In this document: positions 15,010 through 32,259 of the stretch, one piece after another
How the letters are laid out: each line of letters opens with the position of its first letter
Numbering within the stretch: position 1 is the stretch's first letter
Assembly: GCA_951406725.2 (NCBI GenBank)
Contig: OX597814.1
Location: 177,320,001 to 177,384,000 of the forward strand
Reading direction: 5' to 3'
From: Octopus vulgaris
Lineage: Eukaryota
Length of the DNA: 64,000 nucleotides
Notes under the pieces: model-generated
Told to the model about the DNA's origin: nothing
The model's input: only the letters and a program-made list of their open reading frames with translations
Databases searched by the model: none
Translations under genes and position numbers: made by a program

Positions 15010-18000
15010 CCTACCTACCTATCTAACACTTGTCTCGTTATATATATACATACGTAAAGAGACGCGTTCGATATATTAGGATAGTTATCTGTTATATATT
15101 TCCTCTGTGCAATTGTTGTTTTGCAAGTTTAATTTTTGTAATTTGATTCATTATATGATTCTGAATCAATTATTTCGACTCTAACAGTATTATTTTCTTA
15201 TCTTTATAATTAGCGATGTTCTTCAAATACATTTAAAGTATATTAATATCTCTATAAATAGAGTAGCATACTTATATAAATTCTGCTATTATCAACTCAC
15301 TGAGACGCATGTGTTAAAGTTTTTTGCTTTTTTATCAATGACCGTTTAGTTTTAAAGAGCTAATATTTAGTATAAACAGACTTTTTCTTTTCTCAATGCA
15401 GACTTTAAAATGGGTTGATTTATTTGTATTACATATTATTAAAATTGCTTAAAATTTCAGGTAAAAGTAATATGGTTAATTATCTAAAAATTTCTTTTAA
15501 GACGCGAACAAATAAGAATTCTAACCGCAGATACATACATACATGCATACATACATACATGCTTACGTACATACATACATACATACATACATACATACAT
15601 ACATACATACATACATACATACAAACAGACAGATAACACAAACGCATGTTATATCAGGTGCAAAACATTACGCGTTTCCTATGTTGTGTTCTTTTCACTG
15701 CATCTCATCGTTTTTAAATTGTCTTCTCTCCTTCTATTAACATTTGCTTATATATGCGATACGTAACATAAGACATTACACCAATTTTTCAAGATGCCTA
15801 GTAGTTAAAAGGGTTACAATGTTTTGTTTAAAAAACATTAAATATTATTGAATTAAAGTCAGTATAAAGTCTGCTTCAGAGTAAATATCTTAAATTCTCA
15901 GAATGGGCATAATTTACACTCATGACATCGAGGGAAGTTGAAACGTAATGGAATAAAACTATTATCACTTAAGATATGAAGCCTGATCAGCATGTCAGAC
16001 TACTCGGAGTTGATCTTCAGTCCCAGTTTAACCACAAATATAGATTTTATTACTATTTTTGATTTCTACACAAAACAGTTCAATAACCAAGATGGAAATG
16101 AAAAGAAATGAAATGTTACTGATTATTTTGAAGAATATTTTCAATCTATATGAAGAGAATTGGCATTAAAGGGGAATTATAATAGCATTGCCATCTTGGC
16201 TGCACAGATGCTTACCTTTTGTTCAACGACGATTGCTACAACTAAAGTCATGTTACGATAGAGGAGAGTTGATGCAGAGAGTTGATTATTGGATTAGATA
16301 CCGTTTCCAATTCTGTAAATCGTCTAGTTGAGTCTGAATCACATACAGAATAGAACTTCGGTTCCATCCTCGCTATGCAATAAAATATATGCATTTAATA
16401 ATCAAAAATAAGTAGATGATACAAAAAAAATTCCGATTAAATTATCTTACCAATACTTAAAGTGCCATCACGACCCTATATGTGTGTGTGTCTGTGTGTC
16501 CGCGTGCGTACGTGTGTGCGTGTGTGTGCGTGAGTGTGTGTTTATAAAAGTAAAAACATTACTCAAAAATAAGCATAATGCTATCACAGTTATATATTGC
16601 ATCTAATATTGAAGCGTGTTTCAATGTCAGATAACAATTGCTTTTGTTTAATTAAATAGACTAAGAAGTACCCTTAAAAGTGGAATGAAAATATGAATTT
16701 GTGGAATAATTTCTATCAAAACAAATTCAAAAAACTTCCCACATATATACGTAAGTGTTTCTGGTATTGTTGGTTATTACTATTAATTTCTCGCGCTGGT
16801 ATAAGGCCAAACTTATTTTGTTGGGCGTAAAGTCAATTAAATCGTCTCCATCACTTGGCTGTACTTATTTTGTCGACACCTAAAAGAGGAAAGAGAAAGT
16901 TGACCTCGGCTGATTCGGAATCAGAACGTAAAGTGACGTAACTAAATATCGCATGGCATTTTGTCCCACACTCGAACGATTCTACCAATCCATCTTCCCA
17001 TAACTAGTAGAAGCGATAATTTTTTTATCATATTGGACTATGGTTGTCAGAAGGATGATCGTAAGTCGTAAACATACCAAGTAATATTTAGAGCTATTTC
17101 GGATTATACTTGAAATATTTAGTGTTAATATATTAGAAGTACAATTAGAAACTCCCAAGATTAACAAGAATATATCTAAAGAAAGAAAGGAAATAACCTT
17201 TTTGAAGTAATATTTTTAAAATGTAATGATTTGATAGCATTTTTTTCTTAGATTTGCATTTATTCTCATATATCCCTACATGCTTATTCGTTATTGTATT
17301 TATTAGTTTTTGTTTCCATCAAACTAACATTGTAAATATATTTAAGAATATGAAAAATAGGCAATTTCGTTTTCAACTTTCGTTTTAAAACTCGTTCTCT
17401 GCTTTTGAATGTCACGACGACTTTAGATTGAAGGAAGCCTTCCTGAGACATAATAATGTGGTTTAATAGTGTAGATAATAACCACTACAATACGAAATTG
17501 AGAAAAATTAGTTTATCCTGAAAAGTGCATTAGATAGCTTAAATTTGTTTTTATGAAAAATGTTCTATATATATTTATATATATATTCTCTATTTTCAGT
17601 GCAAACTTCCAAATATTCTCCTGATGATTCAGGTAGATTTAGCTGATATATATATGAGAGGATTTTGGTAGCTTAGATTATTTTTAATAAATTCATTTGC
17701 ATTTTAAGAAATACTATTAACATTAGATTTTAAAATACGAAGAAGGAATATGTGTTGCATGAAAAAGAGATAAATCTAAGTATTTGGAAACATATCTATA
17801 TATAATATATGTTGTGTGCTGGTATATATTCAACTGGTGGTTTATATTGATTGCTCAATTATTATAAAGTGAAATGTGGATATTCTGAAGAGACGTTTTT
17901 TGTAAATTAGTAGCAATAGATGTGCTGAAATAGTTTAATAAAATACTAAAGATTTGTTGTATCATTTTAAATATACCCATTGGGAAATAATCTATAAGTA

Positions 18001-18203
18001 ATATATTTTCAGAATTATGTTTGTTGAACGTTTACCACAAGGTATTAAACTATCAATGACTTTGGAAGATATAAAGAAATGGATTTAAAGATTTACTTCT
18101 AAAGAAACAGAGCTTGGAGAAAAGGATAGAAATCAGTTATGCAATGGAAGGAATACGTTCCTTATTTCATTTTTTATCTTCTAACATATTTTGGTACCTG
18201 TCA

Positions 18204-18312
<109 letters not shown>

Positions 18313-18714
18313 TGTGGATACTTATGTTATGTGACTATGGATGTATATGCATCTGTGTGTTTTTTTTTTTCAAATGACGTTTGATTATCACCCACTAATA
18401 ACAATAATAAATAAAATGGTGCTAACGATTCAAATCAATATCTTCTTATGTATCAACTCTATAGTCTAAAAGCTTGTACATAACTAGATTCTAATTGTCA
18501 CAACACAAACTGATAAAAAAAAATAGCATACATTAAGCATTCGCTTTTAAAATAATTTCAACATTATTTTACAAAATGACAAAAAAAAAAAAAGAAAAGA
18601 AAAGAAAAAACGAAAATGAAAATGAAAATTGTTTCCATTGTATGTAATGTTCCTTTGTGAAATATTTTCCACAATATTTCACTTGGTTGATTTCTTGTTC
18701 TGATTCATTAAATA

Positions 18715-18756
<42 letters not shown>

Positions 18757-19846
18757 CATATATATATGTATATATATAATGTGTGTGTGTCTGTGTACGT
18801 GGGTGTGTGTATGTGTGAATGTATGTATATATGTATATATAAAAGTTTTAATCATTTGAGTACGTAAGCATGACCATAACCATAATTCTCATTAAACGGT
18901 AAAAAAGATAAAATATTTAAGATAAGGCTATACTGGACTATTCAGTAAGAGCCCTCAGTACCACATAACGTCGACAATGTCACGAAAGAGAGGTCAATGC
19001 TAGGGAAGATAACTGATTTATTCAGCAGCCTTCTTTTCATGCTGGCGAAGACTGAATTAGTGTCTTATAAAATGATTTATTTGTCATCATGTTCCGGATT
19101 ACACATTTTAAATTCTTTTTGTCAGTATTACAAGTACTACATGTATACACAAAAGCACAAATATGTAAGGGAAATTAATTCTGAAAATAAATAAGAACTA
19201 AAAAGAAATTAACAATAAAAACATCAAAATACATCCCTCAAAACATGTATATATACATATTCATACGTATGTATATACACATATTATACATTCAGAATTT
19301 CTCCATTATATATATATATATATATATAAGTACACACACATATATACATATATATATATGTATATATATATGTCAAATATATAGACTTCAAAGCATACAT
19401 ATCAACATACATATATATATATGTATATATGCATTTTAGCTATATATATGTATGTGTACATATGTAGGTATACATATATGTATATTCTTGTATATGTACA
19501 TGTGCAATTATATATATGTGAATATATACATATACCTGCATATATATGTACATATATATAATATATATATAAATATAATACATATATATATATATATATA
19601 TATACATACAGAGGCATATATGTTTTTGGAACTTATATCATGTTTGCAAATGCACACAATTGAACATGTATTTCATCGATTAGGTTTATTTTGCGTTTCA
19701 AGATAATAATGAATACGTTTCTAATTCAATGGATCTTGTGTCAATTGAATTAACAAAGAAAGCAAAAAACACAAATATTTAATATAAATACGTTCAGGTT
19801 CACAATCACACCACTGGACCTGGTGTTATATGCTCTTACTGAAAAT

Positions 19847-19960
<114 letters not shown>

Positions 19961-20117
19961 CATACATATATACATACATATATATATACATACATATATA
20001 TATACATACATATATATATATACATATATATATATACATATATACATACATATATACATACATATATATACATATATGCATACATATATATATACATACA
20101 TATATATATATACATAC

Positions 20118-20153
<36 letters not shown>

Positions 20154-20291
20154 TTACAAATCTATCAGTATATATATTTTCCTCTATGTATATAAATATA
20201 CACGTGTAATCATCATGCCTACATATATGCATATATAATGATATATTTGTGTGTGTGTATATATATATACACACACATATATATATAATTA

Positions 20292-20323
<32 letters not shown>

Positions 20324-20838
20324 CATCTGCAACATTCGTGAACACAAGGCGATAATTAAATTATAAAGAAACATATAAACCAACCTGCACTCTCTCGTTT
20401 CGTTAAGGAAACAAAAGAAGGGGCATGGGGCACAGGCTGTTATTCCGTTGTATGTTCTTCTCTTCTTTCATAGACAACGAATGAATAGTAAAGTTTAAGA
20501 CATTTAACACATACCAAGTATGCAGTGATCATTTATCTGGGCATATATGCATGAAGGCTTTGTATAACATCGCGCGTGCTAATACGCACACATATACATG
20601 TATACATATACTCACATGTATGATATCTATAGAATATTTTCATCAACGTAAAATATAGCACAGATCACAATCATATGGAATCGCATGTACATATATATCC
20701 ACATATATGAATATATATACACATGTATTCATATATATATATTCATATACATATATTTGTATATGAATTTATATGTATAGACAGACATATATATGACATA
20801 TCTGTATAAGTAATATATATATATATATGCATACATGC

Positions 20839-20899
<61 letters not shown>

Positions 20900-21310
20900 A
20901 TATAAAATATATATATAAACAAATATATATATATATATATAATATATATCTTATATATGTGTACGTATGTATATATAAGCATACTAAAACAAAGTAGACA
21001 CCATACATTTATAGATATCAGTACATGCTAACATATCTTGAATGACAAATAATCAATGGCGATTATTCTTTTAACCTGGGAAAATTGAAGAAAAAAAATA
21101 TACTTTATCATTTTAGATCAATACACCAGTTACCACCACAACACCAATAATAACGAGTTGTAATTTTTGACATGTAATTTGTGACATATAATTGATTAGT
21201 TCATCTTCAAAGATTTCTCTTTCAGGTATGTAATGTAATTTCTTTAGTATTCATTACGTAGTTTTCATTACACCCTCGAACGCGGTATATTTTGTATGCA
21301 TACAATCACG

Positions 21311-21351
<41 letters not shown>

Positions 21352-21360
21352 CATATATTA

Positions 21361-21391
<31 letters not shown>

Positions 21392-21440
21392 CAACATATT
21401 ATATATGTATATATATATATATATATCAACACATAAAGAT

Positions 21441-21473
<33 letters not shown>

Positions 21474-21637
21474 CGCACACATACAAATATATATGTATGT
21501 AAGCATAAATATATGTATGCAAGCATGCATGCATGCATACAGGCGTATACTCGCTTTGTTCTTATTCTTGTGGGCTCTTGTAAACACGTCAATTTATAAT
21601 ACTCGAATAAGAATAAATATTTGTACAGGCGACATTA

Positions 21638-21694
<57 letters not shown>

Positions 21695-21767
21695 GTAACC
21701 ATTCACGCGCTAGCCCATACACATAAATAGTTATAATTATTTGTATACGCGCTAATATGCATACGTA

Positions 21768-21836
<69 letters not shown>

Positions 21837-21918
21837 GCACATTTGTAGATATGTATATGTATGAATATGTATATATGTAAACATGTGTGTATATATATGT
21901 TTATATATGAATATAAAC

Positions 21919-21974
<56 letters not shown>

Positions 21975-22639
21975 GCACGTGTATATATGCAGATCTAGGT
22001 AAATTTTATAAAATACTATTTCAATCCCTCATTTTGATAGTACAAAAAAAAAAAAAAAGAATTTCCGCTTTAAATTTCTCGGTTATCATACGGTGATGAT
22101 CGGTTAAACAGGGTGAAAATATTTTTAGTTTCTACTGATTTATACTCTCAGTTGAGTCAAGTGGTATAATTGATACTTCGGTCTTTTGTATATTATTTCC
22201 AAAGTTCACCAATCTTGAAAATAATATATATATTTGTAGAATGAAAGACACCTCCCCGTTACCAGAAATGTGGAATATTTAGTATTATTGTATACAAGCT
22301 TTGACGAAATATCAAAAGCACGAATATATTGTAGAAAACTCTTTAATACCTTGTGATTTTGTTTCTTTCATATTTATATATAGATATATATATATATTTT
22401 TTTTAGTTTGATTTGAAATGTTTTTCGATCATAATTCGATAAAAAAAAATAAAACACTCACTCTTTTTGTTTCTCTTCCCTTTCACTTTCTCTTCATCGT
22501 TTTCTTTTTCACTCTGTCACCCCAGTCTCATTGCCGCTGTATATAATAGTTCTCTATAATTTTCCGTTTCTCTTCCTTTTCTTTTTCATTCTAGGACATT
22601 GTCCTTTGTATATCTCTTTCACTCTCTCTGTATAATATG

Positions 22640-22671
<32 letters not shown>

Positions 22672-23932
22672 CATACATACATATATATATATATGCATAT
22701 ATGTATGTATATATACACGAATACATACTCATATCTGGGTATATGAATTTATACATTTATATATATATATATACACGTATATATATATGTATATATGCAT
22801 ATATGTACGCAAAGAGATACACTTATGCTTATATTTGTACATGTATATATACACACAAATAGACACATACACACACAAATATATATATGTATATATATAT
22901 ATACACACTTTTCTTCCTTTCGTGTTTTCATTTGTAGGCATACACTTGCACGCTCTGTCATAGCCATACATTACAACATTTATCATCAACTTTAAGCGAG
23001 ATTTCATTTCATTTTAACCAACGTATGTTATGCCTTTAGTTGTTATGGAGTCTTATATTTTTCATTAGCTAATTCATCTCATTTCTGATTTTGGAACCAT
23101 AGTTTAATTAAAATTGTTTCGAAACAATACATTTCCCCTTTACAATTCAACCAATTTTTCATGTCATTTGAATTAAAACATTTAAGGGAATTTTAAGAAA
23201 CAAACACCTTTTCTTGTTCTGTTTTTTCTTTTGTTCAGTTTAATTTTTAATATGTTTTAGTTATACTTTGTTTATAGTTAAGGTACGAAGATACATTAGC
23301 ATTGTCTACTTCTGATAGGTATGTGTATAGTGTATATTGAGTAAAGATATTTTAATTTGACAAAAGCATTTTGCCCTGTGACTGAAATGGATGATGGAAA
23401 GTATCTACCCCGCTTACAGATCAGAAAAGGAAAGAAAAACGTCAAATAAAGAATATCCACAGACCACTTGTGGCAAGAGCATAATTAAGGGGCGATAATC
23501 TCAGCATTCAATGAATCAAGTTAGTGTAGATTGTCTTGACCACATACGCATAAACATATATGTGTGTGTGTGTGTTTGTGTGTATGTGTATATATATATA
23601 TATGAGATGGTTTGTGTGTGTGTCACAATTGTATATTTGCATGTTGTATTTGCCTGTATGTTTTAGGAGTCTGCCTGTATATCTTGTAACACGTGTGTAA
23701 ACGTTTAAGTACGTAAGGCTTATGTGCATGTGCATACGTGTGTTCTGTAGCTAGGTAGGTCGTGAGATACGTAGGTCGGTCGGTTAATGTATGTCTTCGT
23801 GCTTAATTGCGTGCATTCAAGAGAATATGTGAGCTTGTATGCAGATCTGTGAATGTGTCAATATATGTGTAAAATGCATGGTGCCGATTAGGTAAGAATT
23901 TTGATTTTTTATTTCTTTGTTTCTTCTTCTTC

Positions 23933-24000
<68 letters not shown>

Positions 24001-24675
24001 GTATATATACATATTGGGTTCTTGTTATGTTTGAATGAGTAAAAGAAAAATGATGAAAACGTACCAACGTACACACGTACCCACGGAAACCGAATATACA
24101 ATCAACCCACACAAGCACACGCATACATACATAAACATATATACATGTACACGTACATATATATTAACGGAAGCAAAGTAAAGTAGAAATATAATGCTTG
24201 TTGTGGACGAAAGGAATCAGTTGTAAACTACACGCTTCTAATTAACTGGAAGCCATTTTAATATACATTGCTGTTCATTTTGGGTTGATTTTCTTTTTTT
24301 TTCTTTTTAATTCAAATTGGTTGGCGTCGTTTTTTAATAAAATTATCTTTTATTTAGTTTTATTTTTTTTTTTGAAAAATTATTGTATAACGTGTTATTA
24401 AATATACATATATTAAATATATATATATTAAATATGTATATATATATATATATATACTTATATAAATATGTATATATATATATATATATACACTTATATA
24501 AATATATAAATATATATATATATATAAATATGTATATATATACATATATAAATATGTATATATATACATATATAAATATGTATATATATACATATATAAA
24601 TATGTATATATATACATATATATATAAATATGTATATATATATATATATGTATGTATATATATATGTATGTATAT

Positions 24676-24748
<73 letters not shown>

Positions 24749-25429
24749 GTTGCAAAGAACAGAAAGTGTTCTTGTAGATTTATGCAAAAACGATTAAGTA
24801 ATATAGGTACGAGGAAGATATATAAAATTCAAGTTCTTGAAATATTTTTCGATTGTTGGAATACAAAAAAGAGAATGTTCTAACGTAGATATAGGTCTAT
24901 TGGTTGGCAAGAAAGTTAAATTGAAAATTTTGTATATTTTTCATTAGTAAATTTTTCATTTTTTCTTGAAGATTCGGTTACGAAAGAGTTATATTTCTAC
25001 GTTACAGGAAGTTTACTCAAACTTACTCATAAGTTTTCTTTTGTAGTATCAGGAGTGCAATACCTTGAACTCTATGAGTGATTTTCTTACCAGGGACTCC
25101 AAACGATCCCGGATATTACAGAGAAGAGGAAAATTTTCAGACTGCGTGACAACGATGTCTCATTTACAGACATTAATTAGTCAGTAACAGGATATGTGTA
25201 CACCAACGAATCGCAACCAAGCATCTTTCACCTTCTCTGTATCGCAGGAATATTAAGATTCCTCCTGCCCTACGGCATACGTCTCGTCAGGTAGAAAGGG
25301 AAAAATATATAAAAAAAATTAAATATAAATGTGAAGGAATATTGGGGAGTGTCTGTGTTTTTTAGTCTGTGAACAGGGGAATATAGTAATAATAGTTTAT
25401 TTCCCGCATACAATAGAATTCATTTGTGG

Positions 25430-25485
<56 letters not shown>

Positions 25486-25872
25486 CATATATATATGTAT
25501 ACATACATATATATATACATATGTATACATGTATACATATATACTTATATATACACATATATATATATATATACTAACACACACCCACACACACACATAT
25601 ATATTTATATATTTGCTAACATACATATATGCGTACATTTATACATATATGCACTCACATATATAAAAGAAAGACGTGATAAGTTGAAAGAGAAAATCTG
25701 CTCAACTGACTACAATTTCTTTGTTATTGATAATTACACACTACGCTTTATGTACTCGTGTGCACACATAGTCGAGCGCGCGCACAAACACACATGTATA
25801 TCACATAAACTTCGACACACACCTGTTTGCCTGTTTCTCTGTCTCCCTCTCCTTACATATATATTTCAATAC

Positions 25873-25949
<77 letters not shown>

Positions 25950-26080
25950 TATATATATGTTTATATACACACACGTATATGTAGTTAAGATTTTTTAACA
26001 TCTATAATCAGTAATGGTATTTCTTATATATGAGGAAAAGTCGAACATACATTAATGTAAAAGAATATCATTATCTGCAT

Positions 26081-26158
<78 letters not shown>

Positions 26159-26193
26159 TACATAATATATATATACATAATATATATATATAC

Positions 26194-26240
<47 letters not shown>

Positions 26241-26337
26241 TATATACATAATATATATATACATGTATGTATAAATATATCTAATCATATATGATTGTTT
26301 ACAAATGTCCATGTATTCTACATAAATATGTGTATAG

Positions 26338-26376
<39 letters not shown>

Positions 26377-26380
26377 TTGC

Positions 26381-26425
<45 letters not shown>

Positions 26426-27240
26426 ACAACGGCTATCGCTTAATATGAAGAGCAATATGGATTCTTCGATTAAGACACCTACTAACTCTTTGAATTGTTG
26501 TTTAAAGTATTCCGCAGATTCTTAATCTCTTTACCCACTTCTCAAGCTGCATGAATGTAACTCGATATGTGACAAAACTGGTCGTCTGCATCTGAAGTAG
26601 AATCCACTTTCAGGGAGTCCAAACATTTACTGTCTAGCCAATGTCACCGACAATGTAGTTTGGGTCGCCAAGAGCTAATGACATACTTGTCCAAGTTAAT
26701 ATACAGTTTAATCGAATCCAGTCCTGTGATTATGATTATATATACATATATATATATATATATGCTTATACACACATATGTATGTGTATATACATGCTTA
26801 TACACACATATGTATATATATATATATATATATGCCTGTATATGTGTGTGGTTTTCTGTGAGGAAGTGTATGTTTGTATGAATGTGTGTGTGTATGTTTA
26901 TACAGGAATCTATTCTACTGTGTGTTGTAATACTGTTCTTATACCAAGCGGATATAACATATATATATCATATAGCAAATATCAATATAACTCATTCAGA
27001 AGTGGTAGGACGGATACCGCCAGAAATGGCAGCATGTATCTGACTTTGACTTCAGTCATATATTTAACCTCCAAGAGTAGAGCTCAACGTGTAAATGCTT
27101 AAAGCGCGTTTCAGTGTTTCCGTGCAATTTATATTTATGTGTTCTCTTGTAACCTTCTCTTCAGGCATTCTTTCCTGTCCCGTCTGTAAGCCTCTACATA
27201 CATTTATACATCTATATCTATATCTTTATCTGTCTCTCTA

Positions 27241-27276
<36 letters not shown>

Positions 27277-27835
27277 CATGTGTGAGTGCGTACGCATGTC
27301 AGGGTATGTGTGTGTTCGGGTGTATGCATGAGATCGTTGAAGAAATTATGTCGCTGAGTGCGGGTTTTTTAATGATATTAAGCATGGTTCATTTTATAGC
27401 TAACACTCCAGCAAGTAGAGTCGACATAGTCCTGTTCTAATGATACTTATACACTTTGCCATCATATACAATTTGTATACTCGATATATCTCAGAAATCA
27501 TATCCATGTACTTCTTGAAAATAAGCAGTTATGAATGTGTATATATGCAAATATATGAATGTTTACTTAGTGGAATCTCGTGCTTAAATTTAATAAATCT
27601 GTGTTTCTGCGTAGCGTGCGTATAATGTGTGTGTATGTGTATGTGTGTGTGTGTGCGTGTGTGTAATGCATGTGTTTCGAAAGTAAAGAAAAACATGATA
27701 TTAATTTGTATGAAAAAATATTTTATGAACAGAATAGTATTACACTTCGTATGAAAACATGTCATGTACACACACTCACACACACACACATAAATATATT
27801 CATGTATATATTTACAGGTATCTTACGTGTACAAC

Positions 27836-27881
<46 letters not shown>

Positions 27882-28125
27882 TGATAGTTGTTTTTGTATG
27901 TAATGAGGCATAATAAACTAATAAACATAAATGCACAATCCACTTGATAGGTGGAGGTTCTCAGGATCAATAATACAATGTTGATATCATGTGACACATC
28001 CACAAATGACCATACTTATGTACACTCGCTGATATATATGACTATATATAAAAAGACATTATAATACCATTTTGTATGTATTAACGTATGTACAGAACAC
28101 ATGCGCAAATATTCATATATGTGTG

Positions 28126-28174
<49 letters not shown>

Positions 28175-28342
28175 AATACTTATATATTTTACTTGTACGC
28201 ATGTGTGAGTACATATTTTACATGTATACTTGTCTTTCATAAATACATGAATAATTATTTGTGCATACACTCGATTTGCTATTAGTGGATATCAGTATCC
28301 GTGTACAGGGAATTGCTAACAATATTATTTCAGGGTTGATTT

Positions 28343-28381
<39 letters not shown>

Positions 28382-28410
28382 CATACATATACATACATAT
28401 ATATACATTC

Positions 28411-28451
<41 letters not shown>

Positions 28452-28477
28452 TATAGATGCATATATATCTATACTTG

Positions 28478-28537
<60 letters not shown>

Positions 28538-28602
28538 TATGTATACATTTATGCATGAATGTATGTAATCTTATACACAGGAATGCAACTTAAGTCTCTC
28601 TC

Positions 28603-28633
<31 letters not shown>

Positions 28634-29290
28634 GTATATGTATATAACACGTACACACACAGTCCTCTTCACTTGCAGTTGTACTGGAATACATATCGTC
28701 ATATTTGGTAAATAAAAAAATGCCTGTGTTGTGCTTGATATCAACAAGTGCATGGGGTTTTCAGCAATCTCCAGAAACCGGTGGACCAAGAACAACATTT
28801 TTTTGGAGTTATATCATTTTAATCTAAAGCCATCAGAATGATTATGTATGTATGTGTATGCATGTGTGTGAGCGCGCGCGTGTGTACACATATGAATTTA
28901 CTTATGTTTCCAAAATACGTACACATAAAATGCTAACATACACGCAAATATCCACACGCTAACATTATAACGCTTCTGCGCATATAAATCAAGGGTTAAG
29001 ATATGTAATATACGAAAGGTATTCTATATTCTATACTTGTGAATATCATCAGTCCGAGAATGAAAACATTACAACTGACTTCATGACTTTCAAATCAGCC
29101 ACAACAGTATTATCTGTTTTAATCTTCTCGAACTGATGCTTTAATATAGATAATAATATATTATGTTATATTAGGTTATATTATAATTATTATATTAAGT
29201 TATATTATTTTATGTTATATTATATATTACGTTAGAGTATTATATTTTTCAAATGGTTATACATAATAGCAATGGCCATTTTCAGTGGCC

Positions 29291-29794
<504 letters not shown>

Positions 29795-30107
29795 TGACTG
29801 GTCATCAGTGATTCGAACTCAAGTGCACAGCTGATCTATGGAAGCATTGTAGAAATGAGTAATAGAGAAAAAAAAATTAGTAAAAGAAAATTGAATAACA
29901 TACTAAATCATAAAAGCATCTAGTGGCATAGCATCACTTTTTCTATCAGACACGTATATGTTAAACTGCAGATGGCTTTTTCAAAATATATTTTAAATAT
30001 CCGTTAATTCTCACGTGTTTTTGTCTTTCGTCACTGGCATTCGCTAACACAACACACACGTACACACACCCACGCGCACTCATATATACATATATATATA
30101 TATATAT

Positions 30108-30212
30108 ACATCCACAGTATTTCATATATTTATAAACATATTAGATATATATGAACACATATATATCTATATATATATATATACGTACTCACACATATGT
30201 ATATATGTATAT

Positions 30213-30280
<68 letters not shown>

Positions 30281-30392
30281 TATAAAAATATATATATATA
30301 TACATTCACAATATTTCATATATTTAAAAACATATTACATATATATGAACACATATATATCTATATATATATATATAGTACTCACACACATG

Positions 30393-30428
<36 letters not shown>

Positions 30429-30472
30429 CACAATATTTCATATATTTAAAAACATATTAGATATATATGAAC
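30108..30472. repeat. Three diverged tandem copies of an approximately 90-bp unit separated by (TA)n
   Basis: TACATCCACA.TATTTCATATATTTA.AAACATATTAGATATATATGAACA recurs at about 30108, 30301 and 30423. Confidence 0.7.
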
Positions 30473-30475
30473 ATC

Positions 30476-30525
<50 letters not shown>

Positions 30526-30580
30526 ACGTCTGTCTATATATATATATGTCTGTGCACACAGACACGCATATATGTATGTG

Positions 30581-30611
<31 letters not shown>

Positions 30612-31213
30612 GGATATATATTCTCCCACACACATATTTATACACCCCCGCCACACATGTATGTATAAAGATAGATATAAATATGTTCAATATATTATTA
30701 TTGTTATTTTCCCAACCGCTACCCATTTAGTAGAAATCAGCCGCTGAATGTTAGTCATCTGTATATGGAAGTGAATACTTGAAACATTCTGTGTCAGAAA
30801 GAAATACCATTACTATATTGCCACCATTTTCGCAATTAATAGTTCAGTCTCTTCACTTGTTCTCATCTTTTAGTTTTACTTTCATTTAACCCATTACATT
30901 AACAAACACTATTACTTATTTACATATAGGAATACGCCCATCCCTCCCCCACTCTCTCTCTCGCATGCATGCATGCATGTAGACCTACGTCATTATACAT
31001 ACAGACACACACACACATATATATATACACACACACATTTATAAATATATATATATATTTATATTTGAATGTGTGTATATGTGTATGTATATATGCATTC
31101 TAAAGCATTTGTTACTCTTAAACTGCGTTTGAATTTGGCTATTTCATTAACATTTGCCCTTGATTATATTGGTAATGTCTTGGTAAATAGTTCTATATAA
31201 ATAAATAAATTAA

Positions 31214-31247
<34 letters not shown>

Positions 31248-31315
31248 ATACTTACATATACCAACTCACGCACGCAATCCATACAGCGAAATCAAACAGA
31301 CCACTCACATTTATA

Positions 31316-31369
<54 letters not shown>

Positions 31370-31877
31370 TATACATATATATCTAGATAGACATATATTT
31401 GGTTATTTAGACATTTATACATACGTATATATATATATATATATATACATACATATATATATATACACACACTTGTATATAAGTAGTTTACGCTTTTTTT
31501 TTAACATCCATGTATATATATCTGTAATAATACTCGTGTATTATTATTAATATTATTATTATTAATAATATGTATATATTGTATATGTTGTAATATCTGA
31601 ACCTTACTTTTCAATCTGCCTGCAATTGGGTTGCTACAAAATTTGAATTTTAGATTCCGCTCTTCTGTTACCTCCACCAAATGATCTTTTTTCTGTTATA
31701 GATAGGGTTTCAAGATTCATAATTCTTCTTGTTGAAGTTGAAGAGTCTCTGCTTAAATGGACTGTCAAGAGAGGTTTGGTTCTTTAAAGTATTGATATAA
31801 AGTCTTTAAAATGTAAAAAGCTTTTGGCAGAAAGTGAGTAGGTTTTCGTGAACATTGTTTTAGCGTTATATATGTAC

Positions 31878-31941
<64 letters not shown>

Positions 31942-32259
31942 ATATATATATATATTTGTGTGTGCTTATGTGTGTGTGTGTTTGTGATAAACCTTCATGT
32001 TTTGTGTTTTTTTTTCTTTTTTTTTTGAGTGTCATAGGAATAAAAGTTGAGAGTTAGAATATCATAGTTCATACTTCAAATACCTCTTTTTCAGTTCTTC
32101 TCATCGTTCAAACTTTCTTCATCATCTTCTTCTTCACTTTCTGCGTCTTCTTGTTCGTCTTCTTCATCTTCTTCTTCTTGTTATTGTTTTGTGGATAGTT
32201 GTTATTAATAATTGTAGTTTTATTTTTTTTTATTTGAAGTTTATTTGAAATGTTCTGTG

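Noticed and set aside
25213-25295. CUGACGA...GAAA on the minus strand as another hammerhead
   Set aside because: Stems I and II cannot be formed convincingly.
32088-32185. Acidic EEEDEEDEQED-like stretch after the stop codon
   Set aside because: A degenerate (GAA)n repeat in the 3' UTR, separated from the CDS by stop codons.
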